This document shows positions 24,612 to 38,054 of a stretch of 64,000 nt of DNA, piece by piece. The notes beneath the pieces were generated by a model, which did not search any database, was not told the DNA's origin, and saw nothing but the letters and a program-made list of their open reading frames with translations. Both the position numbers and the translations under genes were made by a program. The stretch is taken from positions 11,925,947-11,989,946 of the forward strand of contig NC_134030.1 in NCBI RefSeq assembly GCF_964204645.1, read 5' to 3'. Source of the DNA: Tubulanus polymorphus. Taxonomy: Eukaryota; Animalia; Nemertea. Each line of letters starts with the position of its first letter. Position 1 is the first letter of the stretch.

Positions 24612-25813
24612 TTTTTAGCCCACTTGGGACTTTAGTCCCAGCGGGCTATTGCGTTCACTTTTCGTCCGTCGTCCTTCCGTTCGTCCGTCCGTCCAGTCAT
24701 TTAAGTTTTGAAGACGCTTGAAGGTAATGTCTTGATATTTGGTTTATACATGTATCTACCCTAGACACATCTTCAGCCAAGAAACTGGCCCTGTCAGAAT
24801 CAAGATGGCCGACTGGCAGCCATTGTTCGCCAAAATCAGCACTTTTTACACGTTTTTGAACTTTTTGAGGGAAATTTTGAAGACACCTTGATCAATTACC
24901 TTGATCTTTTGTGTATATTTGAAAAATTGACTCAAGATGGTCGTCCTAGGACCCTTTAAGTGCCCAAAAATGTTAATATTGGCCCGAATTCTGAGTCCTG
25001 TAGCTTCCTACTGGTTTGCCATTTCTCATTGCAATTGCATATGGGTATTCTTTGGAAAGTGATGTTTTATACTTGAGACAGGTATTTTTGATCAGCCAAT
25101 TATGACACGATTGGCGGCCATCTAGTGTGATTAGTACTCATTGGTAGGTGGGAAAAAGTTTTTCGACATTATATTGTTACATAAGCATATTCTGTTGCAA
25201 CAATGAATTAGAAAGTTGTAGCTTATAACGTGTTCTTTGATTGTGGAGAGTTTCAAGTTCATTGGTTTTTGTATATGGCCACCAGGGGGCGTTGAATGAT
25301 ACAATATCTTAGTATTTCTATATTATATTTGTACCAATACATATTTTGTTACCACAATCAATTGCAAAGTTGTAGCTGATGACATCATCTATGATTGTGG
25401 TGAGTTTTAAGGTAATTAGTTATTTTATTTCGTCACCAGGGGGCGTTGAATAGTAGAATACCCTAATATTTCCTTATTATATTGGTACCTATGCATATTT
25501 TGTTACCATGATCAATTGCAAAGTTGTAGTTCATGACACGTTCTATGATTGTGGTGAGTTACAAGGGGGCGTTGAATAGTAGAATAACTTAGTATTTCCA
25601 CATTTAATTGGTAATGAGGCATACTTTGTTATCGCAATTAATTACAAAATTGTAGCTGCTGACATGTTTTATGTTTGCGGTGAGTTTCAAGGTAATTATT
25701 TTTCTGTATATGGTCACCAGGGGGCGTTGAATATTGAAATTGTTAGATTGTTGAGCATTTGAAACCACTTTGAAACCACTTAAGTGGGCACGGTGTCCCT
25801 GGAACCTTAGTTT
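24612..25813 (+). mobile_element. Complete Helentron-associated non-autonomous element (HINE/DINE-1/pearl-like)
   Basis: T-run start; subTIR GCCCACTT...AAGTGGGC; 5' hairpin GGGACTTTAGTCCC; (GTCC)n microsatellite; ~180-bp core tandem repeats; ends ...CCTTAGTTT. Confidence 0.85.
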
Positions 25814-27599
25814 GGATATTTACCTTTTAACCGTGGATTTCTTTTTGGCTTAGCTCAAGATTTAAAGGTACCAACTTTGATACTCTGTGGCATGAAAAGT
25901 GTTCACCCGACAACTTTTTGGTATAAGAAAAGTTTGTAGAGGATAGTCAGATTTTTTGAAATATCAAAAAAAATTTGACCTACTTTATCTTTTTTGGGCG
26001 TTCGTTAGACGAACGTCCTTATGTGATCGGTTTGCCGGTTGATGACGCACTTCCGATTTGGTTCACAGACGTTTAAGGTCGTTTTAAAGCCAGTTAGTTA
26101 GAGATTTCCTCAAATTCCGCATCAGAAATGGTGTTTTCAAGTTGGGATTGAATTTGGTTAAAAATAGTTTAGTTTTTGCTGTGCCCTCTTGAAAAAATGC
26201 TCTTCACGCCGTTTATGTGACATCACACATCACGTGTTGCTTATGACGTAGAGGGTATAGTGATCGACAGAAATGCCATTTTTAAAATCGTTGTATCGTG
26301 GATGTTTACTTTAGAGGACCGTACAAAGTCTCTTTAAAGGTGAGTGCCAACATATATGGTGACTTAACTTAATTCCTTGTGAGCGCACAGAGGCCCTGTG
26401 AGAATCTAGAGACGTTCGCAGCATTGAAAATTACGTAATGGTCCGCTCGACACGCACACACATGCTATCAGTTTGACCTACGTGACTAAATACAGCCGTC
26501 ATGAATCAGAAGCAATCCACTTCAAATTTTATGAAGTGAATATCATAATTATTATTTATCCGATATACACATAAAAACCTTTAAGAGAAAGGTACTTGGC
26601 GTCGGATTCTGTACCAAAAATCCCGGATTGTTACACTGCATAGTTTTTTTAGTAGGGTTCTTTTAACATTTTGCCTATAAGGCATTTGATTGACACGTGG
26701 GGCGGGGCTTGCGATCTGCCGATGACGTCAGATGTAAACAATAATATAACCACGTGCATCGCGCACATGTGTAAACAAACCTGGCAACAAATTAGATTTT
26801 TTGGCGCCGAAACTTTTTTGATTTTTTCTTTTGTTTAATGATTTTTCAACTGGAGCCAACTACTATGCCATTAGATTGTACAATCAAGTATTCACGTTTT
26901 ATAGACTCTCTCTGAAATAATTCTTGTCCAGGGGACATGTGTTGAAATATCTATTGTCGTTGTTTTTTTATTTTTTTTATTTTTAGGATATAAACAGCCT
27001 AGAAGAAACATCATCTGGCAGACACACATTTGACTACAGATCATATCCTGTTATAAAATGTGTTTAATAAATATTTTACTCAAGTTTTCTTGCCATTAAT
27101 ACATCCTGGCTACTTTTATTTTATGGTTTATCTAAGTGCAAGGCAAACATTGGTGGGGTTCCTTTGGCCCTCCGAATATATAGGACCAAAAGGGGTATTT
27201 TATGCCATTTGGATTTATTTTTGCTTAGAAAATCTATTCCAATACTTTTTGGCGGGCACATTCAAATTCTGAAGGGTAGGACTAGTCCCACCCCTAAATC
27301 CACTTGCATTCAGTCTCATGAGAACTAACTTAAACCGTTAAATCCTTCACCGGCCTCCTACTCAATTTTTTGAATAAATGTAAAACTTATGGCAGAATTT
27401 ATGGTTGATTCCTCGATTTTTGAATCCCAAAGAATAATTTTTGAATTACGCAGTAGGATGACACTTGAATAGCCGGTATTCAAATTTTCCAATCAATGTG
27501 GGAGGTGTCTGGGTCTACATCCGTTTCACAAACGAATGTCCTCTTTTAAAGTTTCTTTCTAGTTTCACCTATATTTTCATAAAACTTACCTACTTTTGT

Positions 27600-30313
27600 A
27601 AAAATATGCCCTCTGAATTTGAGGAAACTACACATTTCAGCCTGCCGCTTTCAACATTCCCTGGAAAGTGTCTTTCTACCAAACGTTGAGGCATTTCTCC
27701 AGTTTGTTAACGGCCACGAGAAAGTGTGGTTTCTTTTATATATCCTTCCAGTAGTGATTCGGATGCCATTCGCTGAAATCTTTCATTGTTATGCAACTTG
27801 TATATTATGTAGGCATTCAGCATGCACATTGATAAGAGGGAATGAAATATTCTTTGAAGATCTATATGGAAATCTGTAGGTTTTTGTACGCTGATCCGAG
27901 ACGTCAACGCTTCCCATGTATTTGTTATACTCATTGATACAACTTGGCTTCTTGATGTCCCGAAAATCTGTTTCTGTTCCATGTGCACGTATCTGTTTAT
28001 CCACACAGTTATTTGTATATACATTTGTGAGGACATGTACCCTTTTTGTATCATGCCATGCGACAACTAACATTTTTCCATTACGACTGAAAACTGGGCC
28101 ATCAACTTTAGATAGTGGGGTGTGATGCGGTTTTATTGACAAAGGTAATCCTTTTCGTTTCACACGTATGGTTCCACAGATACCAGTTTGACGATCACTG
28201 AACAATGTAGCGAGTGGTACACTGGTATAAAAATTGTCCATGAACACAATGTGGCCTTTATCATAGTAATACTCACAAAGTTTATGAACAATTCTATACG
28301 TTGCACTGTTCTCATCTTCAGTGTCCACATCATTTCGATCAGCAGCAGCATTGGGTTTTCCTGTGTAAAGAATCCAATCTAGTATATATGCTGACTTGGA
28401 ATCTGAGAGAAAAAATGCCTTGTACCCCCATTTATCTGGTTTATTTGGGTAGTACTGCTTGAATGTACTTCAGCCTTTGAAAGCAATTGTTATTGCATCT
28501 AAAGCTATGTGTTGTGACGGCACATAAAATTGCTTGAATTTAGGTATAAGTAGTTTTATTTTGAAGGCTCTCACATGACCTGGTTCCCCACGTGGTATTC
28601 TGTTCTCATTGTTGACAAAGTGAAGTAAACTCATAATCAAGGTGAACCGATCTCTTCTCATTATTTTTTTGAACCCAGGAAGAAAGCCACTAAATATTTG
28701 GATGGATATATGAAAGCTGTGGGTACTGGAGTGTGTAATGGGTAGTGTAGTGTGATCTGTGTGCATTTGTGGCCAGCACACAGATCACATTGTTCATTGG
28801 GGTTTAGTCCAGGACTCGCGAGATTTTCAACAACACGGAAGTAACATGTAATAAATGATGACTTGAATTGCATGACTACCTACCACCCCTCATTATTGTT
28901 GGATAAGTAAACATTCCGCACTGACTAAAAATTAGTAATAATAATTAATAACATTTTAGAAATGGCCAGAATTTTAACTTAGGTTCTATCTCATTTTTAT
29001 TTTACAATTGCGATTGGTATAAATTTTTTTTAAACGGCCGTGAAGGCTTCATGTTTCGTCTGCAATTCACTGCAAATCGTTACGCAACTACGCACATTTC
29101 AGTGTTTTTGGCAGCTGTACACTCGATCGGCACCGTTCGTGACTCGCTTCACTGCGGAATTATCATTAATTAACATCGCCATATCACATCATCAACTTAT
29201 ATTGTGCCTTAAAACCCTAACAGCCGAAATAATTGAAATGCACACACGATTTCTATCATTGAAAATTGAGAGATTGGCCAAGTTTGTGTTTGCTGCTTCG
29301 CGTAAATCCCGCGCGGTGGCGCCACCGAGCGGAGTGCGGCCGATGCGTCCAGGTGTTTCTGTTGTCCAGTATAGTTCCAGTTTCCAGTATAGTTCAATTT
29401 CATGTTTTTCTGCCAGTCCCATTATGAATCATATAGAAATAAAAGCTTTCATTTCATGTATTGTTACAGGTTTCCATTCACGAAATCTCGACCTCGGTTT
29501 TAGATTCACTTTATTTTCAAGAAATTGTGTCCCGTACCTATTTGTTTCTGTAACAATGAGCAGCACTCATCATCATCAAGAAATAATGGTAAAGAGTCTA
29601 TAGGTTTGATTTCTACTGGTAGGGCTGGGCCGGAATATCCAGAATTTTCAGTGTAATCCTTCAGCCAGGAACATAATTTTCTGGTTCGTTCGCTATTTTT
29701 CATGAACATTCTACGGCAATCTGTTTAACGGTTAGGCCTAACAGTCTCCATTCATTAGCATTACAGTCATCAATATGATGAGGAAGGGGCTGCTTTCTCT
29801 AAGTGGAATTCGTCTAGGCCTGTTGATCATATCTCCCCTGCAGCTCATTGATATGCCTCTTCCTCTCCTTCGATTTCCCCGGCATCGAGACCGAGTACGC
29901 CCCGGCCTTGGTTTGGCGCAGTATTTGGGGTGTACAGATCTGGGGGGGGTTGGAGATCAGCGGAAAAATGTATTAGTTACACTTCCTGGTTCATCATATT
30001 CACTTTCACTAGCTAATTCCTCTTCATTTGAGCTCATTTCGTCTTCAGAACTGCTACTACTATCGGCTTGGATGAGCAATGAAGCCTCATCTACTGAAAA
30101 TTTACGATTGGCCATGTGCACTAACAAATAGGGCCTTTTTCACTAAGACTTTGAAAATGAACAATATATTTTTTTGATATTTTATTGATGCGTATAATTT
30201 CTGCAATCTGGTGGATCATTTTAGAACTTTCATCTGCAGTTGGATGAATCCCAGCATGGTCTAACTGGAGCTAAGTGCTGGATTGCAAAATTGCTCTTCC
30301 CGCTGTTAAAGGG
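27600..30313 (-). mobile_element. Degenerate piggyBac element 2 (fragmented transposase, one end visible)
   Basis: End TTAA|CCCTTTAACAGCGGG at 30317-30299; acidic N-terminus from ATG 30115; ETNRY, WKPVT, MRRDRF, KPDKWGYK, FMDNFYTS, CGTIR, MGSVDVSDQ. Confidence 0.85.
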
Positions 30314-30379
30314 TTAAGGTTGGCCCTTAAAAGGGCCGTTTTGACGGGAAGGACAGAGTCGGGAATAAGACCACGTATA

Positions 30380-31261
30380 GATTGGTTGCGATCTGGATGC
30401 GTGATCGCCAAAAGCACCCACGTGTTCTCAGCCAAGTAATCCGCTATCAGTGCACGATTCAACGGGCCATCACTTTAAACTTCGCTTTCGCTCACTGCCA
30501 CATCGCCTCTAGGCGGATAGTTGTTACGGCTGTAACTGGATTGCGGAAGTTGACCGTACGGTTAACAGTGCCATGTTGGTATCCAAGTTCGCTAATCTGA
30601 ATGTACACCTGCCACATAGGCCTATCTGACTATATGGTGGAGCCGGGCCGAATCCTTTGATGAATGATCGCTAACAGCGTGGCAGCGTTTCTCCTGGGTA
30701 ACAGGATAAGGAAACCTTCTCTCGTCTCTGCCTCACAGCCTCCGAATATCCACTGATCTGCCGTGATTCGTCCCTGATACACATACATCGTGGCAGAACT
30801 GGTTCCACAATGGTGTGCTCTGGTGTGCTCTGATTGTATTTTAAATTCATGCATTGTATCGGCAACAATCATGCCCCGGCTTTATTCAGCACTTCAGCTC
30901 CTGATGTACATGAGCCCCAGCAACTACCACAACTGAAGATGGCATTTTTAGCCCACTTTGGACTTAAGTCCCAGCAGGTTAATGCGTTCACTTTTCGTCC
31001 ATCGTCCGTCTGTTAACGGAATCCAGTTATTTTGGGAAGTTTCGAAGACGCTTCTGGACACCGCCAAGCTACTCCGTCGATGTAACGTGCCATGCCTTGC
31101 TCCCTACATTGACATCCTCAGTTCAGACGCACTAAATCATCTGCCAGCAGGCCATTCTGTCGACACCAGCCGATCGTATGTCGTCTATCATTCTTAAAAC
31201 TTTCACCGATCTGTATCAGCGAAACGAAGTCGAACTCTGCCATATCTGGAATGTGTGCCAT
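30380..31261 (-). pseudogene. Merlin (IS1595/ISXO2-like) transposase remnant
   Basis: N-terminal WCRQNGLLA...DGVAWRCP; core QWIFGGCEAETREGFLILLPRRNAATLLAIIHQRIRPGSTI.SD...LGYQHGTVN...NF. Confidence 0.8.
30945..31053 (+). mobile_element. 5' fragment of the same HINE family as 24612-25813
   Basis: TTTTTAGCCCACTTTGGACTTAAGTCCCAGC...GCGTTCACTTTTCGTCC. Confidence 0.85.
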
Positions 31262-32119
31262 CTTCTTACAGAAACAAATGTTATGAACAAATAAAGCAGA
31301 CCAATGACGACTTATATACTATTCACCCATGAAAAAATCCAAAAGGCTCACGGTTTTTTACCACATGCAGGGATTGCCAATGTAAGTCTTTGATCATGTC
31401 TTGATTGACTTGGGAAACAATAACTCTTCTGATTTTTGTCATGGACGTAGGAGAATCATTTCAGTTAACAAATGAAATTCTTCAATTGCTGTGCAAAAAA
31501 GAATTAACAAGTTGATGATACAAATAAATCTTTTTATTTATATATTGTTTTTTTTTTTTTGTATATTACATCTGTCTAAGATTGTGGACAGTCTAAAAAT
31601 TCAAAACTTTTTGAATTGAATCTCCTATACCGATGAGTAAGCGCCTGGGGAGGCCGGGCTGCTGTGGTTGAAATGTGTCAATAGCATTGTGTGACCGCGT
31701 TCTCAGGCAATAAAGTCAAACCTTGTTACAACGATGTTCTTGGGGCAAAATAAAAACTTTCTTGTATCCGATACTTCGTTATAGAGGTTGGAGAAAAAAA
31801 AGAAATCGTAGGATGTTGTATAGTTGCTCCTCATTGGTAGATAGAAAAAGGGTTTTTGCAGAGTTCAGAGTACTTCTTTCATCACCTCACAATGGCAATG
31901 TAATAAATTTATATATTATAAGCACGTCAGCAGTCAGCCGCTTGTGTCTGCTATTGCATTTGTATATACCCGCGTCAGCGGTAGACCCCCGGTCTGTGCA
32001 TATAGGTTACAATATACGACTCCATGTATTGTTCAGTCACTCTCACACAGTGGCACAAAACTCCTTTTATACGATAAAGATCTTGATGGTTTCGGTTGAG
32101 TGAGTTAAGATCTCAGCGA

Positions 32120-33740
32120 TGATGGATTTCAGATGGCTGTATATCATAACATTATATCATTTTGGACACATCAAATTAATAATGTTTATGAGTATTCAAC
32201 TATAGCCTGAGTTTGAAATCAATATTATTTAGGGAAATAGGATGCTAAAAATAGAATTCAGGAAGGAATGGAATGAATGTTTACTATAGGCCTACCTCAA
32301 ATGTTGTGCTAGGGACTGTATCTCTGTTGTATTGTTGTACACATTCACCAATGTGTTTCAGAGTAATTCTTGAACCTGCACTGACCTCTATTCCATCCCA
32401 AAACTTTGGAACAAGGGTGTTGTTATTGTCATCAGAGAGATGCACATCAGTCCTTTTACCAACTCTGAATTACCTAGATTCGGCTTAAGGCCAAGAACCA
32501 AGTGACTCAAGAAAATTCAGGATGGAGTTCAGTTGGCTGTATATCGTAACATAACATAATTTTGGACACATCTACTTGATCATGTTTATGAGTATTATAC
32601 AATAGCTTGATTTTAAAATCAATAAAATTTTGTAAAATAGGATGCTTAGAATAGAATTCAGGAAGGAATGGGATGAATGTTTACTATAGGCCTACCTCAA
32701 ACGTTGTGCTAGGAGTTGACTGTATCTCTCTTGTGTTGTGTACGCATTCACCTCCATGTGTTTCATTGCGATTTCTTGAACCAGCACTGACCTTAACCCA
32801 TCCCTTGGGAGAAACTTTGCAGCAAGTGTGTTGTTATTGTTATTAGAGAGATGTACATCAGTTCTTTTACCGTGGCTCTGAATTAACTTGATTCAGCTCA
32901 TAGGTCCAGGACCAAGTGACTCTGCTCAGAAAATTCAGGATGGATTTCTGATGGCTGTATATCGTAACATAACATAATTTTGGGCACATCAACTTGATTA
33001 TGTTCATGAGTATTCAACAATAGCCTGATTTGAAAATCAATAATATTTAGTAAAATAGGATGCTAGAAATAGAATTCAGGAAGGAATGGGATGAATGTTT
33101 ACTATAGGCCTACCTCAAACGGAGTTCACTAGGAGTTGACTGTATCTATGTTGTATTGTTGTACACATTCAACTCTATGCGTTTCAAAGTAATTTCTTGA
33201 ACCAGCACTGATCCTACAGTACAGTAAGGTCAGTGCTGGTTCGAGATGGAGTAAGTTACTCCATCCGAAAACTTTGCAACAAGTGTGTTGTTATTGTCAT
33301 CAGAGAGATGCACTTCGGTCCTTTTTCCAGGGCTCTGAATTACCTTGATTCAGCTTATAGGTCAAGGACAAAGTGACTGTCAAGAAAATTGAAAATGGAT
33401 TTCAGATGGCTGTATATCGTATCATAACATAATTTTGGACACATAATCTTAGTGATATTATTTATGAGTATTCAAGGATAGCCTGATTTTAATATCAATA
33501 ATCATATTTAGTAAAAAGGATGCTAAAAATAGAATTCACGAAGGAATAACATGAATGTTTACTATAAGCTACCTCAAACGTTGTGCTAGGTGTTGACTGT
33601 ATCTCTGTTGGTGTACGAATTTACCTCCGTGCTTTTCATAGTAATTCTTGAACCAGCACTGACCTCTACTCCATCCTGAAACTTCACGACAAGTGTGTTG
33701 TTATTGTCATCAGAGAGATGCACTCCATTCCTTTCTGGCC
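32120..33740 (-). repeat. Four ~400-450-bp tandem exon+intron units encoding degenerate OB-fold (RPA/SSB-like) domains
   Basis: Units start near 32120, 32520, 32939 and 33395. Each has a donor (GAG|GTAG), an acceptor (ATATACAG|CCA) and VHLSDDNNNTLVVK...AGSRITMKSTEVNSY..RDTVN. The repeat is certain; the OB-fold call is an inference. Confidence 0.65.
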
Positions 33741-35420
33741 AACAATTTAGCAGAAACAGCCTCTCCGACTTCATAAGCATTATTAGCTCGCTTATTTTTA
33801 GCAGTTATGCCAAGTGCATGAAGACAGGAATCGCCATTAAGGTCAGTGGTCCTTTTTGTCGAAGATACCAACATGTATACCTGAATGTTAGCCATGGTGA
33901 GCGAAAGATTCACAATGAGAACCCTGTTTGTCGTCACTTGCCAAAGTGGCATTCTTCACCTGTCCCAAGGGAATTCCTTCCTTGCCACAATCAGTTTCTT
34001 CGCTTGCCGTAATCAAAATAATTTATGATTGTATTTTTTCCACAGTTGTTAATTTTACAAAGACCATACAGGGAAGTGAGAGTCGATGAATGAAAATCAC
34101 TTGTACGGATAGGGTTAAACAATTGATTTTTGCACTTGGCCATTGCCCATATTGGAACAAGTTGTTGGTATTTGGTCTATTTTGCAATTTCTCGGGATGT
34201 CGAAATATGGATATATCAATAAAGTTTAACATCTATTCTGTGGAAGGTGTATATCACAGTCTAGTGTTCTTGCTTCAACATCTGATTATATCATCAGTCC
34301 TGATCCTTCATCCAAAATTGTACATATATTGAAGCAATAGTTATTTAACACTTATACAATTATATAGAATTTTATTCTATTAGAAAAATCTTTGATTTCA
34401 GAGTACTTGCAGCATTCATTTTAACATAAACACTTTAATCGAATATTAACAATTCACTAGAGTTGTCATTTTAAAACATGAAGACAATCCTTAGCAGATG
34501 TTCCCACTGTAATGTTTAAGATTCTATCTTCCTCCTTTGCCTTGTGAGGTTTATTTTGAGAGGAATTGTAGTATTTTCCGGCAATTCAGCTTTCTGAAAA
34601 ACCGTTTCATCATTCATTTGATTAATTATTTTTTGAATTAGATTTTTGAATCAAAATTAAAATTTAAGTTTTGACCCAAATTAATTTGAAACCACTTCAT
34701 CTGAATATGATTTGATTTCAGATTGAAAATGTTTTGTTCAGGTTTGTGCACTTTCATCACCATGTAAAAGCTGAATCTTTTATTGTTTCCGTTTCAAAAA
34801 CAGTGTGCACTAGCTTTTAGTAATTATGTTCTCTTAGTGTTTTTAGTTATTGTGTTCCTGCAGTTTATCTAAACAAGCTTGAATTAAAAGACCATTTTAA
34901 TTCAAATCCCTTGTAGTGAATGTACTGGGGTTACTGTTGTCGATGGCTGCAGTGGTGATGTTACTAAAGTCCTTTCTGGTGGGGATGGGGTTTTTGTGCT
35001 AAATACTGATTGTACTGGATATGGAGATGGTGATGATGATAATAATGGACTTATAGTTGATTTCTTGACAGTACAATGTTCTTCTTTGCCATCACTTTCA
35101 CCAGATTCGATGTCAATGGATGTAACAAATGTGAGCTAAAGGCGAAAAACAATTACGGCAACTCCCATCACTCGGTGCAGTCTTTAGACATGGGGGTGTC
35201 CTCTCAATAAATCATGTCAATGCTTTATATTGTAATTATGTACACAATTTAATATTTATTGAGAAATGAAATTTATATTATTTGCTGTTTCATGAGAGTC
35301 TTGCAATTCTTAAGAAAAACATGTGGCTTGAATATGAGTTGCCTCTTAGCAACATAAATGCACTACATATCATAAAAAGAAAGGGTAGCTGCATTATAGA
35401 TATGTAAATTTGCAAGCATG

Positions 35421-35615
35421 CTACTTCTCCAAGCAACTTCTCTCTCTACAGCTTCTCCTGAGAGTGAAGCCAAGTATTTTTTTCTCAAGGTGAACATCAT
35501 CTATAACAGAGTCCCAAACCATTTCAATTATTTCTCCGTCGGATAAAATCTTACTGGCAAGTGTGTCAGAATCAATGATGACGTATTCTTCCAATGATGC
35601 TACCTGCTGGTTTGT
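35421..35615 (-). pseudogene. Tigger/pogo transposase C-terminal fragment
   Basis: LEEYVIIDSDTLASKILSDGEIIEMV resembles the pogo/Tigger C-terminal motif. Confidence 0.5.
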
Positions 35616-35619
35616 GACA

Positions 35620-36150
35620 GCTGACAAATGGTCGTAACCATAAATTCTTACATTACCCAATGGTGAATTATCAAGACATTTTTGAAATTGCTGTAATCTT
35701 CCACATTTATAACCAAACTTTTTTATATAAACAACCATAGATATTTCATCAACTATCATTATTTGAAGACTGTTTAATTTGATGGGCAATTCTGATGTTT
35801 TCTCATCGCTCAAGTTTCATAGGGAAATTTAGCTCAAATATTTATTGCTAATTATTGTGAATTGTTGTCGCTCCTATACTGTAAAAGGCGACACATGTTG
35901 GTGCAGTCAGGCACTCAGTTAAATCATCACAATTTGCTGAAGTAGGAGCAAGAATTGTTGAAGCTTCATAATTGAAAGCCTTAACTAGATAATCTCCGGA
36001 TTCTTCCAGTCCCTGCAATCTCATTATTATCTTTGCTCACATGTGTTACTATATTTAAGTTACCAGTGTTCTTTATGAGATTGCAAATAAAATACAAACT
36101 ACAAACTACAGATGTGACCTTCCTGCACCAGCGCCGCCTGTGAGGAATAA
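35620..36150 (-). pseudogene. Pif1-family helicase fragment (Helitron/Helentron RepHel)
   Basis: FLTGGAGAGRSHL (Walker A), LTAPTCVAFYSIGATTIH (motif Ia), MIVDEISMV (motif II), RLQQ...SPLGNVRI. Confidence 0.85.
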
Positions 36151-37218
36151 ATGAAATTGTGTAGTCCGTTACGAATATAAATGCACCTCTGCTATACTTT
36201 ATAGAACATTTCTTTTTGCTGATTGTTCAATTATCAAATTATTTTCCATGCAGTGTTTTTTTATTGTTCAATAGCGTAGTTCCTGGTGATTTATGTAATT
36301 AAGGAATCAATGTTTAATGTAAACATTGATTCCTTATGTAATCAAGGTTTAAATATCTTTGAATTTATTAATGAATAGAGATGTGAGTGCTAATCATTAG
36401 ACTGTTGCACATACACACACCATGGGCAATTTATTTCTTGTTTGATAACCGTTTGAACCTTCATATACAGATTCATAAATTCAATGGGGATTACATTACC
36501 TAAGTCGATTTCGTGGTCCTCGTCTTCATGGTTGAACTTTTAGTTTTCTTTGGTCTGGATTATGTTGGAGAAGGTTGCAACATATTGTTCAGTGACATAT
36601 GTTCTTTCTGTAACATTCAGATTGGTCTTAACACTGTTTGCCACTGCCGGGTATTGTTTTAAACGTATTTTGTCAGTATTTAGTACGATTTGGATTGGGC
36701 GGAAGTAGTATGTAGTTTAAGTGTATACGTGGGTGAAATTCCCGAGAGAATTGAGTATTGAATTAGGTCTTCCTTAGGAAACCACGGTATGTGTTTTTTC
36801 CTTCATTTATTTAGGTAATGTGTAAACATTTGTTAGAGCTATAGATTTATAGTTGTGTAGCTTGCTCTTTATTAGTGAAGATTGATTTTGAAACGTTGGC
36901 ATTTTGCACTTGCTGTGGTGGCAGCACCTTACTGCTGTTCATTTTCTAATTTGATTGCCAGGCGGTATCTGTGTCTACATCTGTACAATACGTTGCTGTA
37001 GTACTTAGTAGTCTAATTTTCTTATATTTCAGTTAATTGTTATGTGAACAGTTTAATAAAGAACAACGAATTAACGTATATCCTACAAAAGTCTTGTTTG
37101 TAATTTCTACGACAAAAGTTGACTAAAAGGGCCGTTATACTTTCCTCTTAACGTATTCGTCATGTGTAGGAGGTGAAGGACTGTAATTTTTTTACGGTAT
37201 TTCGGGTATCCCCATCAC

Positions 37219-37930
37219 TTATGATTCTCTATTTGGTGAAGAAGGCCTCTTTTCCCTTAGATCCTTAGGTCCTTGGGTTGGAGTCCCAGCATCTTTGTTC
37301 TTTCGGTCTGATTTCTTCAGTGGTTGCTTATCAGAGTCGGCCAAATGTGTTGGAAGATCGTTGATCTGTCCTTGTTCAGATGGCATTGGATTTGCCATTC
37401 TCGTGACTTGCAGCAATCGCTTCTTGAAAATGAAATTGCCGCCACATGTCGTATATGTCGGATGCTATACGCAATGTGACATTCAACCCATGTGTGTTCA
37501 AAACCTCTTAAAATGACGCAGTGGTATGGTCCTGTCAAAATATCTCCATAAGGTTTTAGCATTTCTTCGATAATGCTGTGGGCACAGTTTGCTGGTACTC
37601 CCTCCATTCTTACAATCGTCTGAGTCTCCAGGGGTGATCTAAATCTGATGGTAGCGTCTCACTGTGATATTTGATGCTTTTCATTATGTTTTTCAATACG
37701 GAAGATTTGCAGAAAATGCCAAGGTTATTGAAGTTGAAATCAATTATCTTCTCTTTTGCACTGTCGAGAAGTGACATCATTCGTTAGAACCTCGCACATT
37801 GCTCTTAAATCCTGTTTCTTGAATTCCATTCGGAATATAGGCAAAAGAGGAAAGTTTTCAAAGTCTTCTGTGATCATCCTATTACCGAAAGGTTCTCTCA
37901 TGGTGCAATAAATCCATGACTGAAAAATGT
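37219..37930 (-). pseudogene. Possible Tx1/L1-type LINE ORF1 remnant
   Basis: MEGVPANCAHSIIEEMLKPYGDI resembles Tx1 ORF1 RRM-like segments; heavily degraded. Confidence 0.35.
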
Positions 37931-38054
37931 CTGTGCAGTCACTTTTCTAAATTCTTTGCAGAGAGCATAACAAAAGTACATCAGTACAGTTCAACGTTCA
38001 AAGGTAAATAGATTGTTTGCTGCTATAGCTGCAGTTGGCTTGGTAAATTGATCA

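Noticed and set aside
26368-26390. TTAATTCCTTGTGAGCGCAC as the left end of piggyBac 2
   Set aside because: It resembles the piggyBac 1 TIR rather than the CCCTTTAACAGC end at 30313, and lacks the terminal CCC.
29040-29603. 187-aa plus-strand ORF as a gene
   Set aside because: It is a chimera of antisense piggyBac sequence and an unrelated insert, with no motif.
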